A DNA stretch of 63,752 nt, filler included, from Hausera hauseri (GCA_046269625.1; 11 parts of 11 records of this genome joined end to end with filler, not necessarily neighbours in it), one strand, 5' to 3'. Shown: positions 10,001 through 21,450, counted from the whole stretch's first letter. Numbers and translations: made by a program. Notes: generated by a model from the letters alone, not told the origin.

Positions 10001-12902
10001 TACAGCCCCGATTGTCAAATCACGTCCTTTATTATTTCAACAACCAACGAAATAAAAAAAACAACAACGTTCAGAACAAAATAACTCACTCATTATATTT
10101 TTCAAGGTTTCAATATTCAATTAATAATTTCAACAAAATAATGTGTCTATTTTTTGTCAGAGTTTCATTTATTTATACTCTGTCCAATGTTTGGCGACTG
10201 TGCGGCGGCGCCACTGTCAAAACTTCCGCCGCACAGGCCTTGTCAATTTGTTAATTAATAACTTTATTGCTGGCTATGAACAACGGAAAATCGATGTTAT
10301 TGAGTTTTTTTATAGTTTTTTTGCTTTGAAAATAAATCAACCTCTGTTTGAGAAGTATTGTTCTTGTTGATCACTTTATGTTTTAACGATGGAATTTCGT
10401 GACATCCCGCAAATGAATATGAAACTACAGGAACAAAGATAAACTACATCTTCAAGTCAGAAAGATCGGACACTTTACACATAAAAGTTAGAGACGGAAG
10501 TGGTCAAAGATTTTGCTACTGCAGATTGATTAATTTTAATTTTAATATTTTAGCTTAATTTTTATATATATAGAGTTATTAATTCCATGGACCAATAAAT
10601 TCCATTTTTTCTAACTGAGATTTTAATTATTATGTTCAAATTTTACAAAAATCAAATTAACTAGTGACAATACTGGCTTATTTGCATGCAGTGCAGTAAA
10701 AATGCATGATTAACAACATACCTAAATTTTTCAAAATTCACCATTAAAATGGACCAAAGTTAATCACATGAGAGAAAAGTTTATTTTACCAACAATTTCT
10801 GAAAACTAATTGCATTAAAAGCTGGTGTTTCGAAATATTTATCCAATTTAGTCATGTCATTTTACCAAAAAAATTTAATAAAATACAAACAATATGAATA
10901 GTTAACTTTCTATTTCATTTAACTTCGTTAGTTCAACTGTGCTACAATTTACAAAGTAATTCAACGAAAAACGACTTAAAAATCACAATTGGAAAATTGA
11001 CTTTTTATNNNNNNNNNNNNNNNNNNNNNNNNNNNNNNNNNNNNNNNNNNNNTTAATTAATTAANNNNNNNNNNNNNNNNNNNNNNNNNNNNNNNNNNNN
11101 NNNNNNNNAGGGCAACAATGGGATCTCGACAGGTGAGACTGCAGGCAGTGCATTAGCCCCATTCCCGCCTGCTGTGGTCTGTACGTGTCTGTTGACCACA
11201 CATGACGCGGCTAATGAACATTGTTTTCTTTGCCCAAAGGAGAGAGATGGGCCTATCGATGTTTCGCTTTTGAAAAATGTTTTTTCTCCACCGCAGGGGT
11301 TGAACTTTGTATCCGTCTAGAGAGATCTTCATTGCTCAGGACTTATAAATTGCTGTAAGAATCTCTTGATCGTTAGTCTGCGTGCCGTTTGCGCCGACGT
11401 GCTCGGCGAACTCTCTCACATGCATGTTTGACTCGAGTTCTCCTGTAATATATTCTGAATCGTCATAAATTGGGTGACATGCTTCCTAGGCATGACTGGT
11501 TTTGTCATCTTTCGGAGAACAGCGGACTGAAAATGTGGCCGTGCTGCTGGGTTGAAAGAGGGAAGCTATTAAGTTTAATAGGCTCAGACTAATAACGCCG
11601 TGTGTTGCACGCTCCGAACAGGTTCTGTGTTTGCTGTGTCCACACATCTTTCAAAAGAACAAAATTGTTTAGTCCAAACACCAATTTATTAAATTCAGAG
11701 GTAGTTTCCTTACCATCTTTCTTCCATATAAAACGTAAATATTTTTTGTCTGCTGAATCTACTGCAATTTGGAGAAACATTTTATGTATGTCGCAAATTA
11801 AAACGTAATTATTGCGACGCATTCGGATCAAGATGTCGATTACGTCGAGTTTTAACTTTGGACCGATTTCTAAGAAGTCATTTAGACACTTTCCCTTAAT
11901 TTTTGTAACTGCATCAAACATTGCGACATTTTGTGCTGCCACGGTCAAACTTAACAACAGGAAAATGTGGTAGCAGCCATTTTGTTTCTCTTTCCTCTCC
12001 TTTCGATACTTCTCTTATGTATGATTTTTCTTCGTATTCTTTAAGGACTTTGTTATATTCGTCTTTTCCCCTAATATCTTTATCTTTACTAGCAGCTCTA
12101 ATCTTCTCCTTGCCATCCATGATGTGTCAAACCCACTAACATCTGGATACCTTTCTTCCTTTCAGGGTAGTTTAACACAAAATCTATCTTTTTCATATTT
12201 TATTCCTTTTGTTACTTTTCCCAACAATTCAATCTCCAGGTTATTTAGCTCCGTCTTTTCCTGTAACCCCTGTTCTGCTTCCAATAATCTGTTCCAGTCC
12301 TCTTGCAATTCATCGGTTCTTTTCCAAAATGTTTTAACGAAATTTGTCCTCACCTTTTTCCTTTCATCTCCGATCAAACCAACGCACGTTCATCCAAGTG
12401 GGGTTAATCTGGCTATAGGCTCGTTTATTTTCCCTGCTATTTCCTTTATGGACCTATGCAAATGCATATAGTTCGCACCGATTATTCCATCAACTGATTT
12501 TGGTGATTTTTTAGTGTCGAACTTTATTTCTCTCAAGTGTGGCCATTTGCTTTTTTCGACCTCCCAATTCACGGCCATCATTTTTCCAGTAGGACCAACG
12601 CCTCAAATGGAATGTCAACCTTCCCGTTCTTACTTCGTAACCTCATTTTACCCTTTTTATTTTTGATTTTGTTGTCTCCCCACCTACTACCATAACGGAT
12701 ACACTTTCCTGCTTATTAACTAATCTTAGCTGTTGTGCAACGAAACGTTTCACAAAACACTCCGTGCTTGCGTCGTCTAACAACATACACATTTTATTTT
12801 TCGCTTTCCATTTTCCAACCATACGTCCACCGTACGCAATGCTACTTTATTTCCTGTCGTTTTCTCTTCTGAACGTTGAATTACATATGTGTTAACCCGT
12901 GA

Positions 12903-13232
12903 TTACGTTTCATCTCCCACGCCTTCCTCTTTGTTTACTCTTTCTTCTGTATGGTATGTATAGAACGCTTTTTCTTGTTTTTTAGAATTATCCTTTTTTA
13001 GCGGTGATTCATGAACAAAATGACAATTTTCCCCGTATTTACAATTTCCGTTCAGATAATATTTGCATATTCGTGTTTCAATTTTCCTATCTTTCTTGTG
13101 TAAAAATCTACAATTATTCCCGAATTTACAAGTCCCCTCCTTTTCAAATTCCCAGCAAAGAATTTTCTCGGTCTTATCTGCTGTTTTAACGTTGTTACCC
13201 CCTCTGCATCTTATCTTGAACTCGGGTCTCAT
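12903..13232 (-). CDS. Gag C-terminal segment with two CCCH zinc fingers
   Basis: LCWEFEKEGTCKFGNNCRFLH and ICKYYLNGNCKYGENCHFVH (C-x7/8-C-x5-C-x3-H). The segment is in frame with the 13233-13433 ORF across a single stop and lies just upstream of the protease. Confidence 0.88.
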   Translation of the reverse strand: MRPEFKIRCRGGNNVKTADKTEKILCWEFEKEGTCKFGNNCRFLHKKDRKIETRICKYYLNGNCKYGENCHFVHESPLKKDNSKKQEKAFYTYHTEERVNKEEGVGDET

Positions 13233-13368
13233 CTATATAAAAACTCTTCCGTGTTTCTTTATCATGTCTCCTACTTCCGAACGTTTCATTGTTCTTTCCG
13301 GTAGAGGGGAAATGATTCTCAACTCTGGTACGATTGTTAGTTGTTGTTTTATCAACTTTGTGTTCATT

Positions 13369-14772
13369 TTAAAACCTTGGCGGCGATCTAGCCTCGAATG
13401 TATTAAAGACGTTGATACCTCTAATTCTTTCAATGGTGCTCCTTCGTATGCTCGCCTCCGACTCCACCCAAATTTTCAATTCTTCAACTGTCCGATTTAA
13501 CCTCTTTTCGGAGGCATATCGCTCCCATAACAGTACTATGGACTCTGGGAGCTTCTCTACAAGGCTTTGGTATAAGAACCCTCCGCCTAATTTTTCCTTC
13601 CTTTTCAAATTTTGCAATCGTACTGTTATGCCATCCAACAATGCAATGAATCGGTCTAGGCCTACAATGTCTTCTTGCCTTATTGGTTTAAAACGTATTA
13701 CCTCAGTCATAAAGGCGGCATAACACCGTTGCTCTCCTCCGTAGTAGGAGTGAAGCTTTCCCATCGCGGCTTTATAACCTTCTTCTGATAAATCAAAGTT
13801 CTCAATCAGCCTTTTCGGTTCTCCATATAGGCATCTTTCTAACTGCAGCTGTTTGCATATGGTAGACATTGACGTTTTGTTTACACACGTATCGCATGTT
13901 CTTTTCCATCGATCATATTCAACGACTGCTCCACCAAATTGTGGCAGTTCCAACCTTTGTAACTTTGGCAGATTTAATTTTTCTTTCATTTCGCTGTCTA
14001 TTGCCTTTTTTGTAGAGTTGGCGACCAATTTATTATCCCGTAGACTGCGTTCATAAATTATCGTGTTGATTGTTTCATTTTGTTGATCTAACTTTTCTAT
14101 CTCATTTTCCAGTAATGCTATATTCTCTTTCTTTTTCAGTTTTTTAGCTGAGGTAGTCAAAAAACACAACTTCTCTTGGACATTTGCGAAAACCCTTTCG
14201 TAACTTTCATAAAATACTTCGTAATCGTGTTCATTCAAATTTACATCCATTAATCTCCTTCTAATCGAAGCTAGTTCATTTATAGGCCTTCGCCGTTCTG
14301 CAATGCATTCTTTAAGTGCCTCTGCAGTCAACTCGCTACCTCCTTTCAGTCGGAACATCACTTGAATTGTTGAACCACGTTTTAAATTTTCCACTTCTTC
14401 GTTGGTCCGTAACGGCTTCCCGCAGTGTAACATCATGAACTCATTTTTGATCTTCAATTTTTCCTTTATAAGTTCGATCCGATTGAGATGTGACAGGGTG
14501 TCACTTACATCAGCTATGAAGTATCGGTCATCGTAGTGTATAATTATCTGTTTTTCCATTTTTTCGACTTGCACAGCTGGAATTTTGTATGTCTTCTCTC
14601 CCTTTATCCTTCCTATTTCGTACTGCTCTAATTTGACCTTTTTCTTCTGATTCCTTGACTCTCCTTTTCCTTTATTTTCTTCTAGCGACTGTCCTTTCAC
14701 ATCCTCCGAGTATGTCCGATCTCTTTTTTTCCCACTTTCTGATTTCTGTTTCCCAATACAAATTCTTTTCAA
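13369..14772 (-). CDS. gag: BEL/Pao Gag ORF: basic linker, ubiquitin-like domain (about 14338-14560), coiled coil, DUF1759-like capsid domain
   Basis: 467-aa open frame containing SDTL...HCGKPL...NLKRGSTIQVMFRLKGG, followed by BEL Gag motifs. Confidence 0.88.
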   Translation of the reverse strand: MKRICIGKQKSESGKKRDRTYSEDVKGQSLEENKGKGESRNQKKKVKLEQYEIGRIKGEKTYKIPAVQVEKMEKQIIIHYDDRYFIADVSDTLSHLNRIELIKEKLKIKNEFMMLHCGKPLRTNEEVENLKRGSTIQVMFRLKGGSELTAEALKECIAERRRPINELASIRRRLMDVNLNEHDYEVFYESYERVFANVQEKLCFLTTSAKKLKKKENIALLENEIEKLDQQNETINTIIYERSLRDNKLVANSTKKAIDSEMKEKLNLPKLQRLELPQFGGAVVEYDRWKRTCDTCVNKTSMSTICKQLQLERCLYGEPKRLIENFDLSEEGYKAAMGKLHSYYGGEQRCYAAFMTEVIRFKPIRQEDIVGLDRFIALLDGITVRLQNLKRKEKLGGGFLYQSLVEKLPESIVLLWERYASEKRLNRTVEELKIWVESEASIRRSTIERIRGINVFNTFEARSPPRF

Positions 14773-15839
14773 TACTTTTATTTCCTTCCTTTAAATTTAT
14801 ATTTTTACGTCTGTTGCTTTCTATGTCACAACTAGACGCTTTTTTCTCTTCAATGTTACCATAATTACCGATCAAGTCTTTAAATTCCTCCAAAGGCGTC
14901 ATCGGTACTTTGCCTTCAAAGTTGTACAATTTGTACTTTCCATTCTCTATTACAACTTTTACAGGCTTGGTACGGACTCCCGCCTCAAACACACTGTGAT
15001 GAAGGAAAAGATGGCCGAAATCAAGAAGAAGGACATACAGACCTTCGAAGACAATCGCATTACGCGGTTTGTGTCTACGGATCACGTTGCAGAGCACCAA
15101 CCGCACTCTGCTACCATAAAATGGAAATTTTAAATGTGTCTGGTATAACGAATTATGCATATTTTTTCTTAAATGGATAACTAGTTTGCATCTACCATTA
15201 CCCCTTAGCACACTTCTCATTATCTCCTTTCTGAGTCCATATGAAATTTCTCCTTGGACATATTTCCCTTCAATCTCGTTTAAATTATTCTTGATCATGA
15301 AGACTTTAGATTTCATAACTATTTCATATCGTGTTTCTTCCCTTATTATTAATTCAAACCCCTTTTTGTTGGTCCCATTACCACACGGAAGATTCATGCG
15401 CCTTTTATATACAGAATTTATGATGTTGTTATGTTTACTTTGAGTTATTGATTTCCATCTTTACAACGTCTAACTCGAGTATCACCCCCGATTCCCAAAT
15501 CCTTATATCTAATATATCCCCATATGAAAAAACATTGAGGTTAAATTTTCAATTATACTCGGCCTTTGTTCTCGCGGTGCCTTTCCGCGGGGGAGTACCT
15601 CCACCTTTGAGTATTAATATCCATACAATCACTCTGATTTTGTCATACAATCCGGTACCACAGCCCCGGCTGACCTCCGGCAAACCAAAAGAACGTAAAC
15701 AAAAACAAATACTATTATTAAAATTATTTCTAACCCTTTCAAGTTTTAATATACAGCGAAAATACTTCTCCCCTTCAATGTCCTCCTCGTCAGCACAGCA
15801 ATTGGTTATTATTCTATATGCGACTACGTTTGAGTCATC

Positions 15840-16344
15840 AGGATGTTCATCGTTTTCTTTGTACGTTTCAGCTTCAGCAATCATTCTCTCGCTTTCACCC
15901 TTTGGTAATCGCCTTCTCTCGTTCACTATCATTATTTCACTCTCCTTATTCCATCCAATTCTACCAAGCAGATCATTATCTTCTATCATGATGCGCTCTC
16001 CTTTGTAAACTTGTTTGTCAATGACATTTCGTCTGGTCAACGTAATTGTGGCCCAATCAATAGTTTCAATGACCAAGTTAAAAGGAGTTACATCAAGAGA
16101 TAGATGATCCCGAACGGCTTTTGATTCATCTCCTATTAAACTTATGATCTGTATTGTTGTACTATACGCAATAGATTCGTCATAATTGATCAGTTTGTTA
16201 AATTCTTTTCCATTAAGGAGATCCAAAACAACATCATAAATGATAGTCTTGTCTAGTTCTGTGTATCTGAGAGATTGTTCAATTAGTGCTAAAGTCGTCC
16301 GAAGATGATCAATGTAAAGTTTCCCTAAACGGACTTCTATGATT
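15840..16344 (-). pseudogene. HSP70: Hsp70-derived segment at the 5' end of the BEL/Pao ORF
   Basis: IIEVRLGKLYIDHLRTTLALIEQSLRYTELDKTIIYDVVL-DLLNGKEFNKLINYDESIAY...GDESKAVRDHLSLDVTPFNLVIET...QVYKGERIMIEDNDLLG...NERRRLPKGESERMIAEAETYKENDE aligns with cytosolic Hsp70 (ITRARFEEL..DLFRGTL.PVEKALRDAKLDK..IHDIVL; FNGKELNKSINPDEAVAY; LLDVTPLSLGIET; QVYEGER.MTKDNNLLG; NDKGRLSKEDIERMV.EAEKYK.EDE). Confidence 0.88.
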
Positions 16345-16849
16345 NNNNNNNNNNNNNNNNNNNNNNNNNNNNNNNNNNNNNNNNNNNNTTAATTAATTAA
16401 NNNNNNNNNNNNNNNNNNNNNNNNNNNNNNNNNNNNNNNNNNNNCAGCCTTAGAGGGCGGAGCTTACACGAAATAGAACTACAGCTGACAGAAAGCAAAC
16501 AGGAAGAACAGACGTGGGAGGGGAAAAACCATTAAAAAAACGTGAAACCATGTTTTATTTTTTTAGTTATTATATTTAAACACTATTAACACTAAAAGAA
16601 ACAAATATTTGTTTACCCCAGATTAAAGTATTGTTTCTTTGTTCCACTTTTTTAAAATTTGTTCTCAGCATCTGGGGCCAGTCTCGTAGATTTTGTATTA
16701 CCTAACAAAAGTACTCTGATTGTTTATATTTACATGAAAGTGCACAATTTTACATTTAGACAGAGTTGTTATGGAAATATTCATGATGTTTCTATGTAGC
16801 TTAAATTCTTGATTTTAACGGCTTATTTTCCTGTTTTTTACTAAAAAAG

Positions 16850-17640
16850 ATGTGAAATGGTATTGAGAAAGGCGTAATTAAGAAAGAGCTGATACAGACT
16901 GATCTGTCAGAGCATCAGGCTGAGTTGTACAATCAGATGGAGACCTTTGTCAGACACTAAGACAATGCTAAGCGTCAGCACAGTGAACTAACATATTTGA
17001 AAGAAAATCTAACAACTGGAAGACTTATTGTACAAGAGGATTTTGCTGAAAATTACACGCTCAGACACTGGGCTTCTGAACAAGTGACAGTTTTCACGGC
17101 TGTTGTTTACCACAAAAGTTATGAAAACAACAGATTGCAGAGTACGTCATATGCAATTATCTCTGATGAGCATGACCACAGCAAACACAGTGTCTACGCA
17201 TTCAATAAGCTCATTATTGAAGATATTTCAAATCAAACTGAACTAATTGAACACATCAGCTATTTGATTGACGGCTGCGTAGTTCAATTTAAGAACCAAT
17301 ACACTCTGTCGAACTTGTATTATTCTGAAGACTTTTGGTGCACTCCAGAATAGAATTTCTTTGAAAAAGCTCATGGAGAAGGTTGATGTAGCAGTAAAAG
17401 GATCGGTCTGGCTCTGTACCATGCAAGGAAAAGAAGCTCCAACAGACACCAAAAGCTTCTATCAAATAGCATATTCCATGTCAAATTCTATGACCATTCT
17501 GTACACAAACAAGGAAACCATTGCCAAGATCATGACAAACAGAATGTGGACTAGATGACAAAAATCCAAAACCATTCCAGGCACTCGGAAATTTCATCAA
17601 TTCAAGTCAAATGGCAAAGAAATGTCATGTACCATCAATT
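16850..17640 (+). pseudogene. Decayed DNA transposase of the DFAENY / DG..QFKN type (Sola-like; superfamily tentative)
   Basis: QEDFAENY..HW..EQVTVFTAVVY...ISD..DH....V...IDGCVVQFKN, and a later IPGTRKFHQF. Confidence 0.6.
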
Positions 17641-18044
17641 CGTCATACACAGAAAGATCTGTAAATGAACAACCTACACGCTCATCTGTTGATGAACATT
17701 CTATAAGATTGTCTGCAAATGATCTGTCTGAAAGCTCCTAGATGTTTCAGGCTGGGGATTACGTTCTGGTTGCACTTAAAGTGTTGGCAGCGTGCGCATC
17801 CACTACGCCACGTCATCGTCCAGCTTGGGTAGGGTTGGAAAATACCCGCCTTCTGGTATGTCTGCTGAATCAGAATTGGATCGTTTGAAATTACTCATTG
17901 AAAAGTAAACACTAGTTGTAGAAAATTTTTATTGTAATCGAAAATACTTATTTGGGAACAAAAATTCTAAATTTAAATTACACTTTTAATATTACACTTC
18001 TAAATTAAATTTAAAATTTAAAATTGTTTCTAATTTAATTTTAG

Positions 18045-18799
18045 AATTTCTGTTCTCGATTATATCCTCACAACCATTACATGTGAAACTTGGCCTAGTG
18101 AAGAAGTTTGTCAAAGAAATGAACAAGGAGAGCGGTGGCTTTAAGTGCTTGAAGTCAAAGTTTCCCAGAATTAGTGATGCCAAGATTAAAAAAGGGATTT
18201 TTGTGGGACTTCTGATCAAGGAATTAATAAAAGATGCGCAGTTTAATACCACCTTGAATCCTGCAGAGTTTGCTGCATGGGATGAGTTCAAAGTCCTTAC
18301 GAGAGATTTTCTGGGAAACCATTGCCCAGAAAACTATGTTCAACTTGTTGACAATCTTCTCCGTGCATATCGACAACTTGGCTGCAACATGTCCCTCAAA
18401 ATTCATATTCTTCACTCACATTTTGAATTCTTCCGTCCCAATCTTGGCGATGTCAGCGACGAACACAGGGAACATTTCCAGCTGCAAATAGCTACGATGG
18501 AATTATGCTATCAGGGTAAATGGATTCCCAACATGCTCGCAGACTTCTGTTGGACACTGAAGAGGGATAAAACAATTGCATGTTATAAGAGAAAGGCACA
18601 TGCAAAACATTTCTAGTGAGGCATTTGATTACTGTGATTATATGTAATTATATCTTGTAATTATATGTATACACATCAGTTGCCAATGATAATCTAAATT
18701 CTCACTTTTCTCGAAAGCGGTGCAAAAAAGACTAATGACAGTTTTGGACTTAGCAAGATCGATTTGACATGAAACACTTCTTAAAAGAATTGTCCGGTG
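18045..18799 (+). mobile_element. 3' part of a Chapaev-like (CMC/Transib-related) DNA transposon; transposase C-terminus 18045-18616
   Basis: PLHVKLGLVKKFVK; KFPRISDAKIKKGIFVG; FLGNH; MSLKIHILHSH; VSDEHREHF; YQGKW...MLADFCW. A putative right end TGTCCGGTG at 18791-18799 gives a CAC terminus. Confidence 0.78.
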
Positions 18800-19093
18800 T
18801 AATCAGCATGTTTGTTGTTTTGAATATTACTAATATTGACGTTGGGATTTCTATTTAATTTTTTAGTATCATTTTTTAAAATATTGGCTCCTTCTGAATA
18901 CGGCAATATCAAAAATAATTTAGTTTTAGTCTTTTGTTGGTAACAATCTGATTAAATTTAATAGTTTTTACATTGATTTTCACTTTTGTTATTTGTAGCT
19001 TCCGTATTATTTTCTGGATAAAATATTTCAATGTATTTTTCAAAAATTTCATAATGAAATCAGTGTTATATCCATTTAACTCTAATCATTTTA

Positions 19094-21450
19094 TTAACAC
19101 TAGATAGACGATGCCATCAATTTGACGGCATGAAAAGTATTTATGAGCTCTTTTAACACTTATGATTTTTTGCATTACAACAAATAAGTTTTAAGTGATT
19201 GTTGCCTGGATAATTAAAATAAATGATAAGTTGAGTAAAGTTAAATAAGGAATGATTTGTTGCTATGTTTACCTATAAAGGCGGTACCGTCAATATGACT
19301 GAAAGATTTAATTTTTATTATCAGCACTTCAAATCGTTGTTTAGTGATACGCAGGTGCATTACGAAAGCATAATAATTACGTAAAAAGCCATTATGATTA
19401 GACGAGCAGAAAAGCTTTAAATTCTGTTTGATTTATGTATCTTGTAATAATTCTTGTCATTATTGCAGTAAAATTTTACTTTCCATGCAACCTTGAATAA
19501 AATGAATCAACGTAAAAGATTGTTTTCTGGAATTGAAGCAGTTCGGATTTTTGAGGACTTACCGTCAGATGAATCAGGAAATAGTCAAAGCAGCGATAGT
19601 GATGATAGCTCCGATTCACTAAACGAAATCAAATACAGTAGGGACAGTCCAGACAGTGAATTAAGGTCAAATACCGATGAGAATTAAGCAATTGAAGCCA
19701 ATCGGAATGACCCTCCCGAATCTCAGGGTAACATTGGGGATTACAGTAATGCCTGTGTTGTGGCAGGTGAAGTGGTAGATGCAAATGGGATAGTAGCTAA
19801 GGATGGAAGTAGATGGCACCCAAAAGTAGCAGATGCGAATGTTCAAGGACGATTGCCTGTTCATAACGTTCTGCGTCAAGTTACTGGGCCACCTACGTAT
19901 TCATCAGTGCGTATTGTGAACGATAGCCCCTTATCTGCCTTCCGATTATTTGTTGACGAATCGATGTTTCGATGTATCCAAAGTATCACTGAAATTGAAG
20001 CACAAGTTAGATTGAACAAGAAGGAATGGACTATTAGTTTGAATGAGTTGGAACTTTTCTCAGGACTAATTATTGCACGTGGTGCTCTTGGAGGAAGAAG
20101 ACTTCATCTGTAAACCACTTGGGAAAATCAAAATTTTTGGAGCACTATGGCTCGAAATCGTTTTTGCGAAATCTTGCGATTTCTGCAATTCGATAAGAAG
20201 TCCGAGTGTCGTGACAGTTTGCGGGTTGATAAGTTTTGTCTAGCTTTGCAGGTGTGGAATCCTTTCACTGAAAATGCCAGCGTGCGTTTAGGTCAGATTG
20301 CTTTCTCGCGGTGGATGAAGAACTCCTACCTTGTAAAACCGTTGCAAGTTCATCCAATACATGTCCAACAAGCCGGATAAATTCGAATTGAAATTTTGGC
20401 TTCTTCTGAATTTAAAGAATAAATGTGTGTAACGGTTTTCCTTACTTGGGGAGAGATGAAGTACGAAACAAAAGTGACAGTGTACCCACATCAGTTGTCT
20501 TGAAACTTCCCCAGCCTTACTATCGTCTTGGCTACAATGTTACCTGCGATAGCTGTTTTACGTTATCGTAAAATTGGAAAAGCAATTATTGTCAAAAAAC
20601 ATATCACTGGTCAGAACCGTACGTTCCAATCCCCGAGAACAGCCAAACACCTGTAAAAATCGCTTATTGTTTCATTCATCTACATCCATGACACAGGAAG
20701 ACTCTGGTGCGCTTCTAACTACACACCAATGTAAAAGCAACAAGACCATCAACATTCTCAGCACCCTTTACAATGTAATGACAATTACTGAAGAGTTATA
20801 CCCAAAAAACATAACTCAGACACCATACTTTTTACAATCAAAGTAGTGTCGATGTAATGGATCAGATGAGTCGGCGGTGGCCTCTTCATGTTTTGTGCAA
20901 TGTTATAGACCTGTCTGTCATAAACGCCTGGGTCGTTTATAAATCCGTTCTCAATAGTTGAATTTCTAGAATCACGTTTAGTCGCAAATTAGCTGAGGAA
21001 TTCACAAACACTACACAGATTGTCCAGGTCCCAACTGCTACCAATGTTATTGCTGATACCATCATGAAACATCCCAACGAACGCCGGCGCCAATGCTCCG
21101 TAGGAAACTGCAACAAGAATAGGACCACCGAGGTATGTAATCAATGTCAGAAACCAGTTTGTGGTAAGTGCATTTCTAAAAAAGTATTGACTTGCATAAC
21201 GTGCACTGAATAATTATCTAAGATTATTGCAGTAAATTTGGTGACACTGTTTTGTGACTGCCGTGTGACTGCTAAAATTGAATACATATTTATCGTCATG
21301 TTGATTTCTTGTGATGTCTGCTCTCTAGCTGCGTTTGCAATTAATTACTTGTAACTTTTTAGTTGATGTTGTTAATTTTTCATTGCACCCGTCAATTTGA
21401 CGGGTCCCGTCCTTCGAGTTAAACTCCTATTACCGTCCTTGGACTGTTAA
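19094..21450 (+). mobile_element. Full-length but decayed piggyBac transposon (PGBD4-like transposase about 19493-21213) with TTAA target duplications
   Basis: Acidic N-terminus; KDGSRW; MARNRFCEILRFLQFD; VDEELLP; KPDKF..KFW; YNVTCDSCFT; VDVMDQM; RRWP; C-terminal Cys-rich C..C..PVC..C. Ends are TTAA-CACTAGATAGACG and CGTCCTTGGACTG-TTAA, with a subterminal CCRTCAATTTGACGG palindrome at both ends. Confidence 0.9.

Larger units (their letters stand above)
11589..16344 (-). mobile_element. BEL/Pao LTR retrotransposon internal region (extended gag, protease, start of RT), decayed; both ends missing
   Basis: DUF1759-type Gag (KLQRLELPQFGG....YDRW...LERCLYGEPKRLIENF...YKAAMGKLHSYYG); protease LRTV....LLDDAS; WPHL..I; IIGANY; PIARLTPLG; RFCVKLP; WLLPHFPVVK.DR.STKCR; FDA....GKCLND.LE.GP; CDIHKMFLQI; YLRFIW; LVFGL. 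Confidence 0.93.

Noticed and set aside
11285-11312. tRNA or SINE B-box-like sequence
   Set aside because: No A box or cloverleaf could be formed.
13063-16008. Plus-strand ORFs antisense to the BEL ORFs (also those antisense to the contig-5 polyprotein, NXF and ABCA)
   Set aside because: These are shadow frames of real opposite-strand coding sequence, Ser/Phe/Leu-rich with no motifs.
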